A stretch of DNA of 64,000 nt from Macrostomum hystrix. Taxonomy: Eukaryota; Animalia; Platyhelminthes. This document shows positions 1 through 13,355 of the stretch, one piece after another; positions within the stretch are counted from its first letter, which is position 1, and every line of letters begins with the position of its first letter. The stretch spans positions 23,808,001 to 23,872,000 of the forward strand of contig CATNEN010000001.1 of NCBI GenBank assembly GCA_950097015.1. Reading direction: 5' to 3'. The notes beneath the pieces were generated by a model. It had not been told where the DNA came from. It worked only from the letters and a program-made list of their open reading frames with translations, and made no database searches. The translations under genes and the position numbers were made by a program.

Positions 1-3000
1 AGACAGTTTGGGATTTCAGACAGTTTGGGATTTCAGACAGTTTGGGATTTCAGACAGTTTGGGATTTCAGACAGTTTGGGATTTCAGATAGTTTGGGATT
101 TCAGACAGTTTGGGATTTCAGACAGTTTGGGATTTCAGACAGTTTGGGATTTCAGACAGTTTAGGATGTAAGACAGTTTGGGATTTCAGACAGTTTGGGA
201 TTTCAGACAGTTTGGGATTTCAGACAGTTTAGGATGTAAGACAGTTTGGGATTTCAGACAGTTTAGGATGTAAGACAGTTTGGATTTCAGACAGTTTGGG
301 ATTTCAGACAGTTTTGGATTTCAGACAGTTTGGGATGTAAGGCAGTTTGGGATTTCAGACAGTTTGGGATTTCAGAACGTTTGGGATTTCAGACAGTTTG
401 GGATTTCAGACAGTTTTGGATTTCAGACAGTTTGGGATTTCAGACAGTTTTGGATTTCAGACAGTTTGGGATTTCAGACAGTTTGGGATTTCAGACAGTT
501 TGGGATTTCAGACAGTTTGGGATTTCAGACAGTTTGGGATTTCAGACAGTTTGGGATTTCAGACAGTTTGGGATTTCAGACAGTTTGGGATTTCAGACAG
601 TTTGGGATTTCAGACAGTTTGGGATTTCAGATAGTTTGGGATTTCAGACAGTTTGGGATTTCAGACAGTTTGGGATTTCAGACAGTTTGGGATTTCAGAC
701 AGTTTAGGATGAAAGACAGTTTGGGATTTCAGACAGTTTGGGATTTCAGACAGTTTGGGATTTCAGACAGTTTAGGATGTAAGACAGTTTGGGATTTCAG
801 ACAGTTTGGGATTTCAGACAGTTTGGATTTCAGACAGTTTGGGATTTCAGACAGTTTGGGATTTCAGACAGTTTGGGATTTCAGACAGTTTGGGATTTCA
901 GACAGTTTGGGATTTCAGACAGTTTGGGATTTCAGACAGTTTGGGATTTCAGACAGTTTGGGATTTCAGATAGTTTGGGATTTCAGACAGTTTGGGATTT
1001 CAGACAGTTTGGGATTTCAGACAGTTTGGGATTTCAGACAGTTTAGGATGTAAGACAGTTTGGGATTTCAGACAGTTTGGGATTTCAGACAGTTTGGGAT
1101 TTCAGACAGTTTATAGGATGTAAGACAGTTTGGGATTTCAGACAGTTTAGGATGTAAGACAGTTTGGATTTCAGACAGTTTGGGATTTCAGACAGTTTGG
1201 GATTTCAGACAGTTTGGGATTTCAGACAGTTTTGGATTTCAGACAGTTTGGGATTTCAGACAGTTTGGGATTTCAGACAGTTTAGGATTTCAGACAGTTT
1301 GGATTTCAGACAGTTTGGGATTTCAGACAGTTTGGGATTTCAGACAGTTTGGGATTTCAGACAGTTTGGGATTTCAGACAGTTTGGGATTTCAGACAGTT
1401 TGGGATTTCAGACAGTTTGGGATTTCAGACAGTTTAGGATTTCAGACAGTTTGGGATTTCAGACAGTTTGGGATTTCAGACAGTTTGGGATTTCAGACAG
1501 TTTTGGATTTCAGACAGTTTGGGATTTCAGACAGTTTGGGATTTCAGACAGTTTTGGATTTCAGACAGTTTGGGATTTCAGACAGTTTTGGATTTCAGAC
1601 AGTTTGGGATTTCAGACAGTTTGGGATTTCAGACAGTTTGGGATTTCAGACAGTTTGGATTTCAGACAGTTTGGGATTTCAGACAGTTTGGGATTTCAGA
1701 CAGTTTGGGATTTCAGACAGTTTGGGATTTCAGACAGTTTGGGATTTCAGACAGTTTAGGATGTAAGACAGTTTGGGATTTCAGACAGTTTGGGATTTCA
1801 GACAGTTTTGGATTTCAGACAGTTTTGGATTTCAGACAGTTTGGGATTTCAGACAGTTTGGGATTTCAGACAGTTTGGATTTCAGACAGTTTGGGATTTC
1901 AGACAGTTTGGGATTTCAGACAGTTTGGGATTTCAGACAGTTTGGGATTTCAGACAGTTTGGGATTTCAGACAGTTTAGGATGTAAGACAGTTTGGGATT
2001 TCAGACAGTTTGGGATTTCAGACAGTTTGGATTTCAGACAGTTTGGGATTTCAGACAGTTTGGGATTTCAGACAGTTTGGGATTTCAGACAGTTTAGGAT
2101 GTAAGACAGTTTGGGATTTCAGACAGTTTGGGATTTCAGACAGTTTTGGATTTCAGACAGTTTTGGATTTCAGACAGTTTGGGATTTCAGACAGTTTAGG
2201 ATGTAAGACAGTTTGGGATTTCAGACAGTTTGGGATTTCAGACAGTTTTGGATTTCAGACAGTTTTGGATTTCAGACAGTTTGGGATTTCAGACAGTTTA
2301 GGATGTAAGACAGTTTGGGATTTCAGACAGTTTGGGATTTCAGACAGTTTGGGATTTCAGACAGTTTAGGATGTAAGACAGTTTGGGATTTCAGACAGTT
2401 TAGGATGTAAGACAGTTTGGATTTCAGACAGTTTGGGATTTCAGACAGTTTGGGATTTCAGACAGTTTGGGATTTCAGACAGTTTTGGATTTCAGACAGT
2501 TTGGGATTTCAGACAGTTTGGGATTTCAGACAGTTTGGGATTTCAGACAGTTTGGATTTCAGACAGTTTGGGATTTCAGACAGTTTGGGATTTCAGACAG
2601 TTTGGGATTTCAGACAGTTTGGGATTTCAGACAGTTTGGGATTTCAGACAGTTTGGGATTTCAGACAGTTTGGGATTTCAGACAGTTTAGGATTTCAGAC
2701 AGTTTGGGATTTCAGACAGTTTGGGATTTCAGACAGTTTGGGATTTCAGACAGTTTGGGATTTCAGACAGTTTTGGATTTCAGACAGTTTGGGATTTCAG
2801 ACAGTTTGGGATTTCAGACAGTTTTGGATTTCAGACAGTTTGGGATGTAAGGCAGTTTGGGATTTCAGACAGTTTGGGATTTCAGAACGTTTGGGATTTC
2901 AGACAGTTTGGGATTTCAGACAGTTTTGGATTTCAGACAGTTTGGGATTTCAGACAGTTTGGATTTCAGACAGTTTAGGATGTAAGGCAGTTTGGGATTT

Positions 3001-5897
3001 CAGACAGTTTGGGATTTCAGACAGTTTGGGATTTCAGACAGTTTGGGATTTCAGACAGTTTGGGATTTCAGACAGTTTGGGATTTCAGACAGTTTGGGAT
3101 TTCAGACAGTTTGGGATTTCAGACAGTTTGGGATTTCAGATAGTTTGGGATTTCAGACAGTTTGGGATTTCAGACAGTTTGGGATTTCAGACAGTTTGGG
3201 ATTTCAGACAGTTTAGGATGTAAGACAGTTTGGGATTTCAGACAGTTTGGGATTTCAGACAGTTTGGGATTTCAGACAGTTTAGGATGTAAGACAGTTTG
3301 GGATTTCAGACAGTTTAGGATGTAAGACAGTTTGGATTTCAGACAGTTTGGGATTTCAGACAGTTTTGGATTTCAGACAGTTTGGGATGTAAGGCAGTTT
3401 GGGATTTCAGACAGTTTGGGATTTCAGAACGTTTGGGATTTCAGACAGTTTGGGATTTCAGACAGTTTTGGATTTCAGACAGTTTGGGATTTCAGACAGT
3501 TTTGGATTTCAGACAGTTTGGGATTTCAGACAGTTTGGGATTTCAGACAGTTTGGGATTTCAGACAGTTTGGGATTTCAGACAGTTTGGGATTTCAGACA
3601 GTTTGGGATTTCAGACAGTTTGGGATTTCAGACAGTTTGGGATTTCAGACAGTTTGGGATTTCAGACAGTTTGGGATTTCAGATAGTTTGGGATTTCAGA
3701 CAGTTTGGGATTTCAGACAGTTTGGGATTTCAGACAGTTTGGGATTTCAGACAGTTTAGGATGTAAGACAGTTTGGGATTTCAGACAGTTTGGGATTTCA
3801 GACAGTTTGGGATTTCAGACAGTTTAGGATGTAAGACAGTTTGGGATTTCAGACAGTTTGGGATTTCAGACAGTTTGGATTTCAGACAGTTTGGGATTTC
3901 AGACAGTTTGGGATTTCAGACAGTTTGGGATTTCAGACAGTTTGGGATTTCAGACAGTTTGGGATTTCAGACAGTTTGGGATTTCAGACAGTTTGGGATT
4001 TCAGACAGTTTGGGATTTCAGATAGTTTGGGATTTCAGACAGTTTGGGATTTCAGACAGTTTGGGATTTCAGACAGTTTGGGATTTCAGACAGTTTAGGA
4101 TGTAAGACAGTTTGGGATTTCAGACAGTTTGGGATTTCAGACAGTTTGGGATTTCAGACAGTTTATAGGATGTAAGACAGTTTGGGATTTCAGACAGTTT
4201 AGGATGTAAGACAGTTTGGATTTCAGACAGTTTGGGATTTCAGACAGTTTGGGATTTCAGACAGTTTGGGATTTCAGACAGTTTTGGATTTCAGACAGTT
4301 TGGGATTTCAGACAGTTTGGGATTTCAGACAGTTTAGGATTTCAGACAGTTTGGATTTCAGACAGTTTGGGATTTCAGACAGTTTGGGATTTCAGACAGT
4401 TTGGGATTTCAGACAGTTTGGGATTTCAGACAGTTTGGGATTTCAGACAGTTTGGGATTTCAGACAGTTTGGGATTTCAGACAGTTTGGGATTTCAGACA
4501 GTTTGGGATTTCAGACAGTTTTGGATTTCAGACAGTTTGGGATTTCAGACAGTTTGGGATTTCAGACAGTTTTGGATTTCAGACAGTTTGGGATTTCAGA
4601 CAGTTTTGGATTTCAGACAGTTTGGGATTTCAGACAGTTTGGGATTTCAGACAGTTTGGGATTTCAGACAGTTTTGGATTTCAGACAGTTTGGGATTTCA
4701 GACAGTTTGGATTTCAGACAGTTTAGGATGTAAGACAGTTTGGGATTTCAGACAGTTTGGGATTTCAGACAGTTTCGGATTTCAGACAGTTTGGGATTTC
4801 AGACAGTTTGGGATTTCAGACAGTTTGGGATTTCAGACAGTTTGGGATTTCAGACAGTTTCGGATTTCAGACAGTTTCGGATTTCAGACAGTTTAGGATT
4901 TCAGACAGTTTGGGATTTCAGACAGTTTGGGTTTCAGACAGTTTGGGATTTCAGACAGTTTTGGATTTCAGACAGTTTGGGATTTCAGACAGTTTTGGAT
5001 TTCAGACAGTTTGGGATTTCAGACAGTTTAGGATGTAAGACAGTTTGGGATTTCAGACAGTTTGGGATTTCAGACAGTTTGGGATTTCAGACAGTTTAGG
5101 ATGTAAGACAGTTTGGGATTTCAGACAGTTTAGGATGTAAGACAGTTTGGATTTCAGACAGTTTGGGATTTCAGACAGTTTGGGATTTCAGACAGTTTGG
5201 GATTTCAGACAGTTTTGGATTTCAGACAGTTTGGGATTTCAGACAGTTTGGGATTTCAGACAGTTTAGGATTTCAGACAGTTTGGATTTCAGACAGTTTG
5301 GGATTTCAGACAGTTTGGGATTTCAGACAGTTTGGGATTTCAGACAGTTTGGGATTTCAGACAGTTTGGGATTTCAGACAGTTTGGGATTTCAGACAGTT
5401 TGGGATTTCAGACAGTTTAGGATTTCAGACAGTTTGGGATTTCAGACAGTTTGGGATTTCAGACAGTTTGGGATTTCAGACAGTTTGGGATTTCAGACAG
5501 TTTTGGATTTCAGACAGTTTGGGATTTCAGACAGTTTGGGATTTCAGACAGTTTTGGATTTCAGACAGTTTGGGATGTAAGGCAGTTTGGGATTTCAGAC
5601 AGTTTGGGATTTCAGACAGTTTGGGATTTCAGACAGTTTGGGATTTCAGACAGTTTTGGATTTCAGACAGTTTGGGATTTCAGACAGTTTGGATTTCAGA
5701 CAGTTTAGGATGTAAGGCAGTTTGGGATTTCAGACAGTTTGGGATTTCAGACAGTTTGGGATTTCAGACAGTTTGGGATTTCAGACAGTTTGGGATTTCA
5801 GACAGTTTGGGATTTCAGACAGTTTGGGATTTCAGACAGTTTGGGATTTCAGACAGTTTGGGATTTCAGACAGTTTGGGATTTCAGATAGTTTGGGA
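1..5897. repeat. 17-bp minisatellite/satellite (GGGATTTCAGACAGTTT)n, about 345 copies in view, continues beyond the left edge, with higher-order structure
   Basis: Unit read directly; recurrent variants (AGGATGTAAGACAG, CAGAACG, TTATAGG) mark duplicated blocks. Confidence 0.98.
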
Positions 5898-6430
5898 TCT
5901 CGTAGGGTTTGAGATCGAATTTAGTCGAATTTAGAATCACGGCGCAATCTGTTGTTTTAGCGAGGTCAGCGATAATTTTATAAATTGGTAATCGTTTTAT
6001 CCTCATTTCTGAGACAACAGAACGCGTTACTAACCCTGCTGTGCCACATAAGTGTCGTCTCACCTCAGTTTCATTTGGTTTCGGGTAGAGAATGTGCCAG
6101 TACATTGCAGACAGTTGGTACTGCTAATGCAGCTACAGATAAGAAGCTATATGTACGAGCTGTGCCTAGCAACTACAGCTCGCTCGCAATCAGCTACTAA
6201 ATTGAGAGCTCGGAAATCAATGTTGGGCGGCATGCTGAGAGCAGTTGCGCTTGTGAGTTGCGGAAGATGCAATGTTTGTACTAACGAAGTGACGAAACTC
6301 TCTCCTTGTCTACCCCCACTGCTAACCACCGCAGCTGATGAAAAAGGAGGCTGACAGCCCACAGTTACAGATGCCAACAGAACTCATTGGCTAGCCAATC
6401 AGTTGCTTATGCACTTGCTCATGCAATCAC

Positions 6431-6496
6431 CTTCCGTCGCTTGAGACAGACGGCTCCTCTCTGCCCATCAGTAGATCCATACCTAACATTCCTCGG
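6431..6496 (-). CDS. Possible exon 2 of the left-edge minus-strand gene (PRNVRYGSTDGQRGAVCLKRRK)
   Basis: TTCTGCTAG acceptor, AAG|GTGATT donor, 66 nt, phase 0-0, open and compatible with the 7990-8088 exon; no homology recognised. Confidence 0.35.
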
Positions 6497-6585
6497 CTAG
6501 CAGAATTTGAATGCACGAGACTTATGACATTTTATTTTAATTGAGACTGTACTGTACTTTATGCAAGCATAAATCCTCAACTTAC

Positions 6586-7815
6586 GATTCTATATCTGTT
6601 CTTGCTGCGATTCCAGATCTGTTCTTGCTGCGATTCTAGATATGTTCTTGCTGCGATTCCAGATATGTTCTTGCTGCGATTCTATATCTGTGCTTGCTGC
6701 GATTCTAAATATGTTCTTGCTGCGATTCTATATCTGTTCTTGCTGCGATTCCAGATCTGTTCTTGCTGCGATTCTATATCTGTTCTTGCTGCGATTCTAT
6801 ATCTGTTCTTGCTGCGATTCTATATCTGTTCTTGCTGCGATTCTAGATATGTTCTTGCTGTGATTCTATATCTGTTCTTGCTGCGATTCTAGATATGTTC
6901 TTGCTGTGATTCTATATCTGTTCTTGCTGCGATTCTAGATCTGTTCTTGCTGCGATTCTATATCTGTTCTTGCTGCGATTCTAGATATGTTCTTGCTGCG
7001 ATTCTATATCTGTTCTTGCTGCGATTCTTGATCTGTTCTTGCTGCGATTCTATATCTGTTCTTGCTGCGATTCTATATCTGTTCTTGCTGCGATTCTAGA
7101 TCTGTTCTTGCTGCAATTCCAGATCTGTTCTTGCTGCGATTCTAGATATGTTCTTGCTGCGATTCTATATCTGTTCTTGCTGCGATTCTATATCTGTTCT
7201 TGCTGCGATTCTAGATCTGTTATTGCTGCGATTCTATATCTGTTCTTGCTGCGATTCCAGATCTGTTCTTGCTGCGATTCTAGATATGTTCTTGCTGCGA
7301 TTCCAGATCTGTTCTTGCTGCGATTCTATATCTGTTCTTGCTGCAATTCCAGATCTGTTCTTGCTGCGATTCTATATCTGTTCTTGCTGCGATTCTATAT
7401 CTGTTCTTGCTGCGATTCTATATCTGTTCTTGCTGCGATTCTATATCTGTTCTTGCTGCGATTCCAGATCTGTTCTTGCTGCGATTCTATATCTGTTCCT
7501 GCTGCGATTCTATATCTGTTCTTGCTGCGATTATATATCTGTTCTTGCTGCGATTCCAGATCTGTTCTTGCTGCGATTCTATATCTGTTCTGCTGCGATT
7601 CTAGATATGTTCTTGCTGCGATTCTATATCTGTTCTTGCTGCGATTCTATATCTGTTCTTGCTGCGATTCTAGATATGTTCTTGCTGCGATTCTATATCT
7701 GTTCTTGCTGCGATTCCAGATATGTTCTTGCTGCGATTCTATATCTGTTCTTGCTGCGATTCTATATCTGTTCTTGCTGCGATTCTAGATAGTCTAGATC
7801 AGGTCTTGCTGCGTT
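6586..7815. repeat. 23-bp minisatellite (TTCTTGCTGCGATTCTATATCTG)n, about 53 copies
   Basis: Read directly; core TGCTGCGATTCT is the reverse complement of the core of the arrays at 46.2 kb and 47.9 kb. Confidence 0.97.
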
Positions 7816-7989
7816 TCTTACTGTCTCTAGCTGCGATACCGGGTTGGTTACATCTACACTTCTACCTTGTTTATATTTACGATTCCTATTCTGGCACGTG
7901 ATGCGAATCTAGATTTGTCTTATTTTGAATCAAATAGTTTTGCTAGAATGGTGGCTTCAATCTTCCGTTTCCATGCCAACAGCACTCAC

Positions 7990-8088
7990 CTTACCGCCGG
8001 GCACGAGTTTGGCGCGGTCACTGCTGGACTCAGCACTGATGGTACCATAGGTGTCCATCGGCATGGACACTGACCTGGTCTCCGACAT
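7990..8088 (-). CDS. Probable first coding exon of a gene continuing beyond the left edge (MSETRSVSMPMDTYGTISAESSSDRAKLVPGGK); product unknown
   Basis: ATG at 8088, 33 open codons, consensus donor AAG|GTGAGT at 7990/7989, upstream AG acceptor at 8130-8131, GC-rich exon-like composition; below the ORF-track size cutoff. Confidence 0.55.
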
Positions 8089-9659
8089 GACTGACAGGTG
8101 CTCAGGTGTCTGAGCTGCTTAGTTGGTGTCTAACTTTATTAAATATATTGCAAAACTTTCTAACACTGGGACAGAGGGAGATTTTCCCAATTTTCCTCTC
8201 TCTCTCTCTACGTCTCCCTGATCCGGCTGAATCAATAAAGAAACCAACAGAAAATCTCTACTGACGGGTTTGTGACGGCCTTAGTTACCAGGGGAGTATA
8301 ATGTTTGTCTCTGTGTGAGCAGCGCAGTGAGATTGAATGTAGCAACAGATTTGTTTTAAGCCAGGATTTTATTGTGTCCATGGGACATTGACATGCACGT
8401 CACGCACACGCACACTGTGTACAACCAGCTGAGTTGATCCCATTGGCGAGCGAGTAGAGTGATCGAATGAGGTTGAAGCTGCTGAGTTTAACTCTGCTGT
8501 TTAACTTTCCCCGCTTGTGCAGGGGAGATATTTCCCCCTCACTTCCCTACGCCGGAAGACAGTGCAGTAGAGAGTGGAGTCTCTGAATGAGTGCCCGCAA
8601 AAGCTATACAGAAATATTGTCTGTGAAAGTGGACCGTGCTGTGTGACCAGCCGCTTCCATAGTCGCTAGCTGCGACATCCGACCGGAAATTTGACGGCAT
8701 AAATACGAGTATGTAATACATAGATTCTGCATTGCAGAGAAATATAACACTATGCAGAGTTCGAAAAAATAATAAATTATAACAAAATTAACCCGTCAAA
8801 GCATATAGTCAGTAACTAAGTGAGTAAGTACGTAGGCAAGCAAGCTAGATCAAGTTACAAGCCATTGACCTAAATTTATTTCCATTTCAATCTAAGCCAG
8901 TTCGCAATCACAAAAAGCTTGATAAAGTCGAAGCATTAGGCCAAGCGTTTCTCCGCTCTTCCCAAAAAATGGATTTCGGGTTGAACATCTGCCGCCAAAA
9001 GTGCTCACGCCGTCAACCTCGCATCAGCCGATCTAGACAGCTCTCAACGACTCACCGCTTCGCCCTTTCCAGTGACTAAATGTGCGCCAGAGATTTCAGC
9101 CACTCCACCGCCACCCAAACCAGGTCGATAATCTTTAGACAAAGCACACACTTCAATAATGCGGGCAGGCTCGACGACTGAGGGGGGATTTGCCCCCAAA
9201 AAATCCCCATAAAGCTCTCCCGAGTGAACTCAAAAAACCGAAGGTGGAGCACTTGCAGGGTTGCAGGGAGCTAAAAATATTAGCTGGCAAACAAAAGGAA
9301 AATCAATAAGGCTCGTTTAAATGTCTTTGTGGTAGCCTGGGACGAAGCTTAATCAAATATGTAACTCTTGGAAATTAAATTTCAATATACATGCTCTTTA
9401 TCTCTACTGATAAAAGTAGGGAGAACGACATTCAATTATACTAAAAATTAAAACCAAATGCCTATGTGTGTGTGTCAATTCACTCAACGTAAAAGATTGG
9501 TTTTGTCTTTGTTCTAGCGAACGTGTTGTCCGATTTATTCTGTCTCTGTATTCTGTAGGCGAAAAGATTCGCCTACTTAACGAGATGGTACTAATAATAA
9601 TATAATTGCAGGAGGGCTGCGGGCAATGGCACATCATTTGGTGACACTAGACCCGCAGC

Positions 9660-9958
9660 CAGCGAGGAGGCAATTCTGCCCATTTCGCTGACTCCTGAGC
9701 ACACACGCATACATATGCTGTACGCAGGCATACGCACACACAGGTGTGTACATCTGCCCTGACTTTCTCATTGTCAGGCAGTGTACACCCTCACTGTGCC
9801 TTGGAGGTTGGCCCTCAAGGGCGTAAATTGCACGACAAGCCCCCAAAGCCTTCTCTCCGCGGCTGCGCCCCAAATAAATGTGGCCTCTCGCCGCGGAATC
9901 GAACTTAGGGACCGTAGTGCGAGAGGCAAACGCGTTAACCGCTCTGCCACCGACCCCC
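9660..9958 (-). mobile_element. tRNA-derived SINE family A, copy 1
   Basis: Minus-strand head with A-box TGGCAGAGCGG and B-box GTTCGATTCC; body (TGTGCCTTGGAGGTTGGCCCTCAAGGGCG) shared with 13075-13355 and 54395-54645; CA/TG-rich distal part. Confidence 0.8.
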
Positions 9959-10499
9959 TTATATAAAAGAGTAAATCTTCTGTTATACTTTTAAGGTTGC
10001 TTTTGCGTCTCAGAATAGGCCCGACACTGCCAGTTTTATCAAATTGCATCGGTGCTTTTTCTCGCCCGCGCGTGCGTTTATATATGACCATAGTGGTATT
10101 GATCTCTTGGCTGATTGAGTGATTTGAATAAGCAAAACGTTAATAGCATGATGCTCAATGCTAGCGAGACCTCTCCTCCTCCTTTATATCAATAAAACTG
10201 CAGCCTTCGTATTGTCAAACCTAGTCTCGACTTCGATCATTGTGCCGCTAGCTTTCCATCTAGCTCCGAAGAAAAGTACTTTTATTATTTTGCAGAGTAC
10301 AGGTCAAATTTTTGTTACTCAGTTTTGTTACTGCTTGTTTTTTCTACTATTTTATCATCAACAGGTAAAAACTTGAATTTCCGGTTACTATTCTATTCTT
10401 TTATTAGCCTTTTTGGGTTCGAGTATAAATAGTATGCGCTTTCGATTGGCTACTGTCAAAGCAAAAATATTTGTTAGCTTTGCTATTACCGTTCTCGCT

Positions 10500-10815
10500 G
10501 TGAGAAAGTTATTTTCAAGTGCAGCAGCAAGTGTTTTTCGATATTAAGACTAAGAGCAGATTTTTGAGCATAGCTGCAAGCGTTATCAGATTCAGAACTA
10601 GAAGAAAAAATGTTGAGCACAGCTAGAAGCAGCTAAATTAAGACTGTTTGAGCATGCGTGGCTGTTAGCGTTTTTTATTTTCAAAACTAAGGAAAAGTGT
10701 TTCGAGCATTGCTGCAATCGTTAGAAGATCCAAAACTAGGAGAAAACATTTTAATCATAGCTGATAGCGTTATTTTTTTAATTAGGCGTTTTTCGAGCAG
10801 TGCGGCTAGTTTTTC
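10500..10815. repeat. Degenerate ~45-50 bp tandem repeat
   Basis: Recurring TTTTGAGCA(T/C)AGCTG..AGCGTT..AAACTAG motif. Confidence 0.5.
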
Positions 10816-11047
10816 CACAATTTTATTCTACATTTGAAAAAAATTATAATTCGAAGGAAAACATGAAACTAAAGAATGTAGTGCTAGATATCAATTGATT
10901 GAATTTTCGGGAAAGGTATCAATGGAACATCTTGATTTATTGAAGAGATAGCATGCGATTTCCAGGAGAAAGAATGAGATTTCCAGGGAATAACATAATA
11001 CTTTGAGGGTATAGCAAATTGTTTAAATACGATAGAATGAATTTTTA

Positions 11048-11280
11048 AAGGGGTAGCATGATGTATCAAAGGGGGAGCATGATGTATCAAAGGAGTAGCA
11101 TGATGTATCAAAGGGGTAGCATGATGTATCAAAGGGGTAGCATGATGTATCAAAGGGGTAGCATGATGTATCAAAGGAGTAGCATGATGTATCAAAGGGG
11201 TAGCATGATGTATCAAAGGGGTAGCATGATGTATCAAAGGGGTAGCATGATGTATCAAAGGAGTAGCATGATGTATCGAG
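11048..11280. repeat. 21-bp minisatellite (GGGGTAGCATGATGTATCAAA)n, about 11 copies
   Basis: Read directly. Confidence 0.95.
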
Positions 11281-11495
11281 GAGATATCAAGAAAACATCA
11301 TATTGTATTCAAGTTGAATATTTTTAATGATTTTTCTTCTCAGAGCTTTAAAGCGTGATTTTCTTCCCCCAAAGGGGGTCTTGGTTGCTAGTTTAATATA
11401 CTATTTCCTGGATTTTTTAAGGGCCAGTATTTTTGTATCTGTAAATCCCGGAATCCTTAGTTATCGGGATTTTGGGATACCTAGCATTAGGTAAG

Positions 11496-11915
11496 TAAGG
11501 AAGCTTTTGCTTAGTGGTTAAAGCGTCGGATTCACGACTAAAAGATCGGGTGTTCGATTCTCGACTACAATGAAACTATTCGTGTCCTTCATTAGCAAGA
11601 CACTTAACTCTGAATCGCTTGAGTTCACCCAGCTATTAAATGGGTGCCAACATAGCCGGGACAATTAAGTACGAAGCCTTCAGATGCGCCGCGCAATAAC
11701 TGCGACTGTGATGTGCTGTGATGCTGCAAATTTGGCCCGATCAAGGCAGGTGTAATAATTAAATAAAAAGCAAGGAAGCTTTTAGCTCAGTGGTCGAGAG
11801 TTCAATTCGCAGCCTAAGTGGAAAATTGCACGAGCAAGACACTTTACCCAGCTGTAAAATGGATGCCAGCATTTGCTGGGGTACTAGCCGGCTCCCCAGT
11901 CCATGGACAGAACAG
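11496..11915 (+). mobile_element. tRNA-derived SINE family B (CORE-SINE-like), head-to-tail pair: near-full copy 11496-11760 plus deleted copy 11771-11915
   Basis: A-box GCTTAGTGG and B-box GTTCGATTC, then GTGTCC..AGCAAGACACTTAAC..CACCCAGCT..AAATGGG resembling the CORE domain; both copies start AAGGAAGCTTTT. Confidence 0.75.
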
Positions 11916-13074
11916 CCAGATGGCATGGGTTATGTGTAATATTGTACTTTATTCCTGTCAATGTCGATGGAACCAGCGACACTTTCGCTGAGAAGAAATT
12001 GTGCAACTGAAAATAAATTCTGTACAACTCATACTTTTTTGCAATTTTCTCAACTTTTATTGTCATTAGGCGTCTCATTCTAAAAGACATATTACCTGGA
12101 TATATTGGACTGCAAAGAGAATGAAAATGCAATGAACACAATAGAGACTCACATGCCAAGTCCATTTATCCATGGTGTAAGCTAGCTAGTGAAAAAAAGC
12201 GTTTTCACACGCTAGCAAGTTTGCATTGCATTTATTCTTCGGTGAGGCAATATATATGTGGTGCTGTCTCACGCTGTTTTGCAAGCCAGGTGCCCTCAAT
12301 CCACCAATCGAGTTTTCCTAAGGCCTGGGTGATTGTCCCCGCAGCCCGCTTATTAAAAAAGAAAAGAGGATTAAACAGATGCATGCATAAATAAGCAGCG
12401 GGCGCGAAGGAGTAGGGGTGGGAGCCCGGGAAAATTCAGGGAGGAACGAGGGGACCGCAGCAACGCCCAATGGCGGCCATTGCTCATTAACAGGTCCAGA
12501 CTGTTCGCCTCGCTTTCCTCTCGTCGATCTCTTCTCCCAGAAGCCTTCTCTTCATCTTTCTTTCCCATCGCCCTTCAACTGAACGCGTTCTCGCTTTTCG
12601 CACCAACGGGCGCGCACCCGCCGTGCGGCGGAGGGGGCAAACTAAGCTAGTCCATTATACTAAGCTCTCGCACGGTTAGCGTACTTTCTGTCAGCTGCAG
12701 TCTGGCCACTGCAGAGCTGCTGCTGCTGCTCCGTACGAACTAGTCCCTACGGAGAACTCATGCATGTTATCTGCATGCCAACCAGAGTTCTCCATATTTG
12801 AGAATCCCAGTTTAAGCTTACAAACCAATTCTGAATGCTAGGGACATAATGGGGCCGGGGAAATTTCTCATGTCTGCTCTTTCCTTAAATTCGCAATGAA
12901 ACTTGAAAATTTTGATTTGTATCCTACTCGATTATTCAATTTAGAACTGTGCTGCTTGTTCTGGCTCTTGAATTTTTTTGAATGAATGCTCAGACCAGAT
13001 GCTGGCTAGAGTTGAGTCTTGCACTGCTATGTACTTAATATTGCTAATAAAAAGGTGCCTTAAAAATGCAGCAA

Positions 13075-13355
13075 ACGAGGAGGCAATTCTGCCTATTCCG
13101 CTGACTCCTGAGCAAACAGATACTGTACACGTGCACACACTGTGTGTACATCTGCCCCGACTTTCTCATAGTCGGGCAGTGTACACTCTCACTGTGCCTT
13201 GGAGGTTGGCCCTCAAGGGCGTCAATTGCACGGAGAGCCACCAAGCCTTCTCTACGCAGCTGCGAACCAAAAATGGAGCCTCAGCGCTGAATCGAGCTCA
13301 GGGACATTGGTGCGATAGGCGAATGCCTCAGACCGCTCTGCTAACCTCTAACCGC
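13075..13355 (-). mobile_element. SINE family A, copy 2
   Basis: Colinear similarity to 9660-9958. Confidence 0.8.

Noticed and set aside
280-5934. Many ORFs of DFRQFGISDSLGFQTVW repeats
   Set aside because: Translations of a stop-poor 17-bp satellite, the same peptide cycling through all three frames
6285-6355. GAAA..CTGATGA hammerhead-like core (also minus-strand CTGATGA near 13700 and 41995)
   Set aside because: Stems I-III cannot be formed, or GAAA is missing at the required position
9885-9958. tRNA genes (also 11500, 14130, 22310, 42470)
   Set aside because: A/B boxes present but no complete cloverleaf; most are attached to repeated SINE bodies
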